Shown here piece after piece: positions 46,858 to 51,315 of a DNA stretch of 51,315 nucleotides. The stretch is from contig JACRKZ010000105.1 in NCBI GenBank assembly GCA_016235455.1, forward strand, positions 1 to 51,315. The letters run 5' to 3'. Origin of the DNA: Armatimonadota bacterium. Its GTDB lineage: Bacteria; Armatimonadota; UBA10988. The position numbers were made by a program, and so were the translations under genes. Numbering within the stretch: the first letter of the stretch is position 1; every line of letters starts with the position of its first letter. Below the pieces are notes generated by a model. That model was not told where the DNA came from. It saw nothing but the letters and a program-made list of their open reading frames with translations, and did not search any database.

Positions 46858-47742
46858 CTAGAGCAGGTCGAGCCCCTTGAGGGCCGCGGCCAAAGCCGCC
46901 TTCACCTGGTCGTCGCAATCGACGAGCGGCAGACGCAGGCCGCCGCAAGGCACCCCGATCATGGCGAGGGCCGCCTTGACGGGTGCCGGACTGACCGAAC
47001 TGGCCGGGAACAACGCCTCGACCAACGGCATGAGCTTCAAGTATAGTGCGCGGCCCAGGTTCCAGTCACCTGCCCAGTAGGCGTCCATCATGGCGCGGAT
47101 GGTGCGGCCGGCGACGTGCGAGGCCACGCTGACCACGCCGACGCCACCACAGGCCATGACCGCCGGGGTGTCGCTGTCGTTGCCGCTGTAGATCACGAAA
47201 CCGTCGGGGGTGGCATTGGCCACGGCGGCGAACTGGTTGATGTTGCCGCTGGCTTCCTTGACCGCGACGATGTTGGGCACGTCGCGGGCCAGCGTGCCAA
47301 TGGTCGCCGGCAGGATGTTGCGGGCCGTGCGGGCCTCGATGTTGTAGATCATCACCGGCTTGTCGGTGGCCGCGGCGGCGGCGGTGAAATGGGCGATCAG
47401 GCCGCGCTGGCAAGGCTTGTTGTAGTACGGCGTGACGAGCATGATGCCGTCCACGCCGAGTTCGGTCATCTCGGCGGTGAGCGCTACCGTGGCGCGCGTA
47501 TCGTTGCTGCCCGTGCCGATCAGCACCGGCACCTCACCGCCGACGGCGTCGATGACCGTCTTGGTCAGCTCGATTTTCTCATCGTGGGTCAAGGTCGGCG
47601 ATTCGCCGGTCGTGCCGGACACCAGAATCGAGGTGCTGCCCGTGTCAATCAGGTGGCGCACCACGCGACCCGCGGCCTCGTGATCAACCCGTTCGTCGGC
47701 GCCGAACGGGGTCACCATGGCCGTCATCATCGAACCCCACAT
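46858..47742 (-). CDS. dapA: 4-hydroxy-tetrahydrodipicolinate synthase
   Basis: TAMVTPF, GTTGESPTL, GTGSNDT, VTPYYNKP, IYNI, VAVKEASG, YSGND; dapA-rnj synteny. Confidence 0.96.
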   Translation of the reverse strand: MWGSMMTAMVTPFGADERVDHEAAGRVVRHLIDTGSTSILVSGTTGESPTLTHDEKIELTKTVIDAVGGEVPVLIGTGSNDTRATVALTAEMTELGVDGIMLVTPYYNKPCQRGLIAHFTAAAAATDKPVMIYNIEARTARNILPATIGTLARDVPNIVAVKEASGNINQFAAVANATPDGFVIYSGNDSDTPAVMACGGVGVVSVASHVAGRTIRAMMDAYWAGDWNLGRALYLKLMPLVEALFPASSVSPAPVKAALAMIGVPCGGLRLPLVDCDDQVKAALAAALKGLDLL

Positions 47743-47786
47743 GAGCTGCTAACCTCCAGACCGCAAATCCTCGCGCGATCCGAGGC

Positions 47787-47816
47787 ATCCTAACATGGGG
47801 TTCCGGGGTTCGTCAA
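47787..47816 (-). promoter_or_regulatory. Sigma70-like promoter for dapA-rnj
   Basis: On the - strand: TTGACG, 18 nt, TAGGAT, preceded by TG-n (extended -10). Confidence 0.55.
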
Positions 47817-47866
47817 ACGTTCCTGGGCCAACCCGAAGGCACCCGCCCAGGCGCCGGGCGCCGTCG

Positions 47867-48631
47867 TCAGGCCGGCAGGTGCGCGCGGATGCGCTGCACA
47901 TCGCCGGCCGCCTCGAAGAACAGATCGAGCAGTCGCGGGTCGAAATGCGTGCCTCGGCCCTGGGCCATGGTGGCGAAGGCACTCTCGGCGTCGTAAGCCC
48001 GTTTGTAGGGGCGTTCGCTGGTCAGGGCGTCGAACACGTCGGCGATGGCGCAGATGCGGCCCCACAGCGGGATGCTCTCGCCGGCCAGCCCTTCGGGGTA
48101 GCCACTGCCGTCCCAGCGCTCGTGGTGCGAGCGGGCGATCTGTTCGCCGGCGATGAGCAGGTCGGACATGGTGTCGCGCAGGATGACCGCGCCGATCTCG
48201 GCGTGCTGGCGCATGACCTCCCACTCCTCGGGATCGAGTTGGCCCGGCTTGAGCAGGATGTGCTCGGGAATGCCGATTTTGCCCACATCGTGCATGGCCG
48301 ACGCTTCGCGGATCATCTCCACGTCGCGCTCGGGCAGCCCCATACGTCGGGCCAGCAGCGCCGTGTAGCTGCTCATGCGCTCGATGTGCTCGAGGGTGCG
48401 CTGGTCGCGGTACTCGGCGGCAACCACCAGCCGGTGCACGGCGTCGTGGCGTGACTGGCGCAGGCCAGCCTCGCGCGCCGCCACGTCGGCCGCCGCCCGC
48501 CGCAGCGCGTCAGCCACCTCGGCCAGGGGTCCGTCGGTCTCCGACAGGTCGTCGAGCGCCACGCGTTCATACGCCCCGCGCCCAATCGCCTCGATCGCCG
48601 CCAGCACCGGCGCCCATCCCTCGGTGGCCAT
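47867..48631 (-). CDS. HD-GYP c-di-GMP phosphodiesterase with N-terminal HAMP-like segment
   Basis: EYRD..T..H..R, MHDVGKIGIP, KPG.L, HHERWDGSGYP, I.AIADVFDALTS.RPYK, GTHFDP; GGGGAG RBS. Confidence 0.93.
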   Translation of the reverse strand: MATEGWAPVLAAIEAIGRGAYERVALDDLSETDGPLAEVADALRRAAADVAAREAGLRQSRHDAVHRLVVAAEYRDQRTLEHIERMSSYTALLARRMGLPERDVEMIREASAMHDVGKIGIPEHILLKPGQLDPEEWEVMRQHAEIGAVILRDTMSDLLIAGEQIARSHHERWDGSGYPEGLAGESIPLWGRICAIADVFDALTSERPYKRAYDAESAFATMAQGRGTHFDPRLLDLFFEAAGDVQRIRAHLPA

Positions 48632-48653
48632 CAACACTCCCCTCGCCCCACAA

Positions 48654-49217
48654 TCACGTCACCAGGAAGTTCCGCAGCATCTCACGGCCGTGCTCCGTGG
48701 CGATGCTTTCCGGGTGGAACTGTACACCTTCGACGGCCAGTTCCCTATGGCGGAGGCCCATGATTTCGCCGATATCGGTGCGTGCGGTGACCTCCAGGCA
48801 GTCGGGTAGACTCTCGGCCTCCACCAGCAGCGAGTGGTAGCGCACCGCCGTGAACGGGCTCGGCAGGCCGCGGAACACGCCGCGGCCGTCGTGCAGGATC
48901 TCCGAGGTCTTGCCGTGCATCAGCCGGCCGGCGCGCACCACCTTGCCGCCGAAGGCCTGGCCCAGGCTCTGATGGCCCAGGCACACGCCGAGGATGGGGA
49001 TGCGGCCGGCGAAGTGCTGGATGGCCGCCACGCTGATGCCGGCCTCGTTCGGCGTGCACGGCCCTGGCGAGACGACGATGCGGTCGGGCGCCATCTGCTC
49101 GATATCGTCGAGCGTCAGGGCGTCGTTGCGCACGGTGCGCACATCGGCGCCCAGTTCGCCCAGGTACTGCACGAGGTTATAGGTGAAGCTGTCGTAGTTG
49201 TCGATCATCAGGACCAT
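48654..49217 (-). CDS. trpG: Anthranilate synthase component II (glutamine amidotransferase)
   Basis: [35 protein letters not shown]. Confidence 0.95.
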   Translation of the reverse strand: MVLMIDNYDSFTYNLVQYLGELGADVRTVRNDALTLDDIEQMAPDRIVVSPGPCTPNEAGISVAAIQHFAGRIPILGVCLGHQSLGQAFGGKVVRAGRLMHGKTSEILHDGRGVFRGLPSPFTAVRYHSLLVEAESLPDCLEVTARTDIGEIMGLRHRELAVEGVQFHPESIATEHGREMLRNFLVT

Positions 49218-49227
49218 CGGGCGTCTC

Positions 49228-50706
49228 CTACTCCAGACCGCGCTCGGCCATTTCAACGGCGCGGCGGATGGCCATGGCCTTGTTGCACGTCTCATCGTAC
49301 TCGGCGGCGGGATCGCTGTCGGCCACGACGCCGCCGCCGGCCTGCCAGTAGCAGACGCCGTCGCGCAGCACCGCGGTGCGGATGGTGATGCAGCTATCCA
49401 TGGCGCCGTTGTAGCTGAAGTAGCCGATGGCGCCACCGTACGGGCCACGCCGCGTGGATTCCACCTCGTCGATGATCTCCATGGCGCGGATCTTCGGCGC
49501 GCCGGTCAGCGTGCCCGCCGGGAAGCAGGCGCGCAGCACGTCGTAGGCGTCCTTGTCCATGCGCAGTTGGCCGACCACATCGCTGACGATGTGCATGACG
49601 TGGCTGTAGCGCTCGATGACCATGAGTTCATCGACCTCGACGGTGCCGTAGTTGCACACGCGGCCCAGGTCATTGCGGCCGAGGTCGACCAGCATGATGT
49701 GCTCGGCGCGCTCCTTTTCGTCGGCCAGCAACTCGCGTTCGAGCGCCAGGTCCTGCTCGGGCGTGAGCCCGCGGCGGCGCGTGCCGGCGATGGGCCGGGT
49801 GCGTACGCGGCCGCTGTGCTCGGAGACCAGGATCTCGGGCGAGGAGCCGCAAAGGAACGTGCCGTCGAGTTGCAGGTAGTACATGTAGGGCGACGGATTG
49901 ATGCTGCGCAGCGCGCGGTAGACATCGAACGGGTCGGCCGTGGTCTGAGCCCGGAAGCGCTGGCTGGGCACCACCTGGATGATGTCGCCCGCGCCGATGT
50001 ACTCCTTGACATGGGTGACCATGGCCTCGTACGACTCGCGGGTGTGGTTGCTCTCCACCACCAGCGGCCCGCTGGGCGCCGGCATGGCCGGCATGGCCGC
50101 CGGCCGACGCAGCTTGGCCACCACGGCCTCGATCTTGGCACAGGCATCGTAGTAGGCGGAGTCCGGGCCATCCTCGCCCACGCGCGCCATGGCGATGACC
50201 TTGGCGCGGTTGAGCACGCGGTCGAAGCAGATGCAGGTGTCGGTGAGCATGAACCAGCAGTCGGGCAGGTTCAGATCGTCCTCGCCGCTGTCGGGCAGTT
50301 GCTCGAAGAAGCGCACCAGGTCATAGGCCATGTAGCCCACGGCGCCACCCACGAACGGCGGCAGGTCGCCGTGCGGCACGAACGTCTCGCGTTCGAGCAG
50401 CCGCTTGATCTGCGTCAGCGGATCCTCGCCAGCGGCCAGTTCGCCCTCGACGGTGCCGTTCTGGTCGGTCAGCTCATAGTGCGTGCCACGGGTCTTGAGC
50501 ACGGCCTCGGGGCTGGTGCCGAGGAACGACCAGCGGCCCACCCGTTCGCCACCCTCGACGCTCTCCAGCAGCCAGGCATAGGGGCAGTCGCGCAGCTTGA
50601 GGAAGGCCGACACCGGTGTGTCGACATCGGCCAGTATCTCCCGGTAGACGGGGATCAGGTTGCCCTGGCGGGCCAGGGCATGGAAGGTCTGACGGTCTGG
50701 TACCAT
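49228..50706 (-). CDS. trpE: Anthranilate synthase component I
   Basis: LLESVEGGE (Trp feedback motif), [55 protein letters not shown]; Trp leader peptide upstream. Confidence 0.96.
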   Translation of the reverse strand: MVPDRQTFHALARQGNLIPVYREILADVDTPVSAFLKLRDCPYAWLLESVEGGERVGRWSFLGTSPEAVLKTRGTHYELTDQNGTVEGELAAGEDPLTQIKRLLERETFVPHGDLPPFVGGAVGYMAYDLVRFFEQLPDSGEDDLNLPDCWFMLTDTCICFDRVLNRAKVIAMARVGEDGPDSAYYDACAKIEAVVAKLRRPAAMPAMPAPSGPLVVESNHTRESYEAMVTHVKEYIGAGDIIQVVPSQRFRAQTTADPFDVYRALRSINPSPYMYYLQLDGTFLCGSSPEILVSEHSGRVRTRPIAGTRRRGLTPEQDLALERELLADEKERAEHIMLVDLGRNDLGRVCNYGTVEVDELMVIERYSHVMHIVSDVVGQLRMDKDAYDVLRACFPAGTLTGAPKIRAMEIIDEVESTRRGPYGGAIGYFSYNGAMDSCITIRTAVLRDGVCYWQAGGGVVADSDPAAEYDETCNKAMAIRRAVEMAERGLE

Positions 50707-50751
50707 CCGCGGCTCCCTCGCTGGTTGGGATCCGGCCAGCCCCTGGTCATG

Positions 50752-50783
50752 AAAAAACCACGGGGCTCTGCCGCTCCCGTGGT
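50752..50783 (-). terminator. Attenuator terminator of the trp leader
   Basis: On the - strand: ACCACGGG-agcggcagagc-CCCGTGGT followed by a T run. Confidence 0.9.
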
Positions 50784-50830
50784 CTCGTTGCTCACAACAC
50801 ATTCAGCCAACGCGCGACGACGGGACACAC

Positions 50831-50881
50831 CTACCAGGTGCGCCACCACCACTGTCGATTCGTCGTTGAGCCAGCTTGCAT
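50831..50881 (-). CDS. trpL: trp operon leader peptide MQAGSTTNRQWWWRTW
   Basis: 16-codon ORF with four TGG codons (three in tandem) directly upstream of antiterminator/terminator and trpE; absent from the ORF track. Confidence 0.92.
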   Translation of the reverse strand: MQAGSTTNRQWWWRTW

Positions 50882-50888
50882 GCTGAGG

Positions 50889-50918
50889 AGTATGGCAGAG
50901 GGGCGGCGTGGGTGTCAA
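50889..50918 (-). promoter_or_regulatory. Sigma70 promoter of trpL-trpEG
   Basis: Perfect TTGACA (50918-50913), 18 nt spacer, TG-C-CATACT (50894-50889); leader ATG 7 nt downstream. Confidence 0.8.
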
Positions 50919-50978
50919 GAGGGATCAGGCGCGAGTCACCGCCTGTAGCGCCGCATGATCTGACTTGCCGCCTCGCAT

Positions 50979-51314
50979 TCACCGCGGCATCAGCCACCCC
51001 ACCAGAGCGCCGGTGCAACCGGCCTTGCCCCGCGAGCCGGCCGGCTCCATCTGGTCGACCACGGATTTGGCTTCGGCCAGGCCCAGCCCGGTCTCCTCGC
51101 GCAGCCGCTTGATGGCCTGGATCTTCTGGCCGGTGGCCAGCAGGCGCCGCAGTTCGTCGCCCAGCTCGGTGGTAATGCGCACCTTGCGCGTGGTCAGCAC
51201 CTGCTCGCTCGAACCCGAGGTCAGCGCCTTGGCTGCCAGGCTGGCCGACTCCCGGCTCAGGCCGCCGGCGCTGCTGAGCAGATTGATGGCCTGCTCGCGC
51301 TGCCCCGACCGGAG
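50979..51314 (-). CDS. 3' end of a protein with tandem ribosomal L7/L12 C-terminal-like motifs (partial; not rplL)
   Basis: GQKIQAIKRLREETGLGLAEAKSVVD, preceded by a degenerate copy GQREQAINLLSSAGGLSRESASLAAKAL; frame open to window end. Confidence 0.7.
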   Translation of the reverse strand, partial: LRSGQREQAINLLSSAGGLSRESASLAAKALTSGSSEQVLTTRKVRITTELGDELRRLLATGQKIQAIKRLREETGLGLAEAKSVVDQMEPAGSRGKAGCTGALVGWLMPR

Positions 51315-51315
51315 C

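Noticed and set aside
47743-47866. Lysine riboswitch upstream of dapA
   Set aside because: The predicted 5' UTR is only about 40 nt, far too short.
50707-50802. N-terminal extension of TrpE (ORF-track start 50802)
   Set aside because: It runs through the attenuator hairpin; the GAGGGAG RBS supports ATG 50706.
50707-50920. T-box or TRAP regulation of trpE
   Set aside because: No T-box consensus or (G/U)AG repeat array; the leader peptide explains the structure.
50979-51200. Ribosomal protein L7/L12 gene (rplL)
   Set aside because: Lacks the L12 N-terminal dimerisation domain and the rplJ/rpoB context; the motif is duplicated.

Overview
A very GC-rich bacterial chromosomal window with no rRNA, tRNA, CRISPR array, transposase or phage genes that I can see. 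The organism is probably a diderm 'Terrabacteria'-type bacterium such as Armatimonadota; this is inference from TolC plus lipoproteins, Firmicutes-like cheD/fliM and the dapA-rnj synteny. 1-11.4 kb: a motility cluster (cheD, two HDOD proteins, fliM, a REC-LuxR regulator, flgB-flgC-fliE-fliF-fliG-fliH-fliI). 11.4-44.5 kb: mostly secreted or carbohydrate-active genes (three Tat-exported TIM-barrel sugar isomerase-like proteins, GH144-like, GH94, GH-A-like, GH127, an eroded glycogen-debranching homolog), a tandem TPR+lectin-fold pair, a four-repeat beta protein, two paralogous lipoproteins, a TolC plus very long adaptor pair and two orphan histidine kinases. 44.7-51.3 kb: rnj, dapA, an HD-GYP gene, trpG and trpE. 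Most notable: (i) CheD has lost its catalytic Cys and Thr and sits in a CheD-HDOD-REC/HDOD-FliM module; (ii) RNase J carries a fused, Cys-less molybdopterin-oxidoreductase-like domain; (iii) an unannotated, apparently leaderless Trp-rich leader peptide (MQAGSTTNRQWWWRTW) with a full attenuator precedes trpE-trpG, followed closely by an HD-GYP phosphodiesterase gene. All family calls come from motif recognition by eye; no database searches were run.
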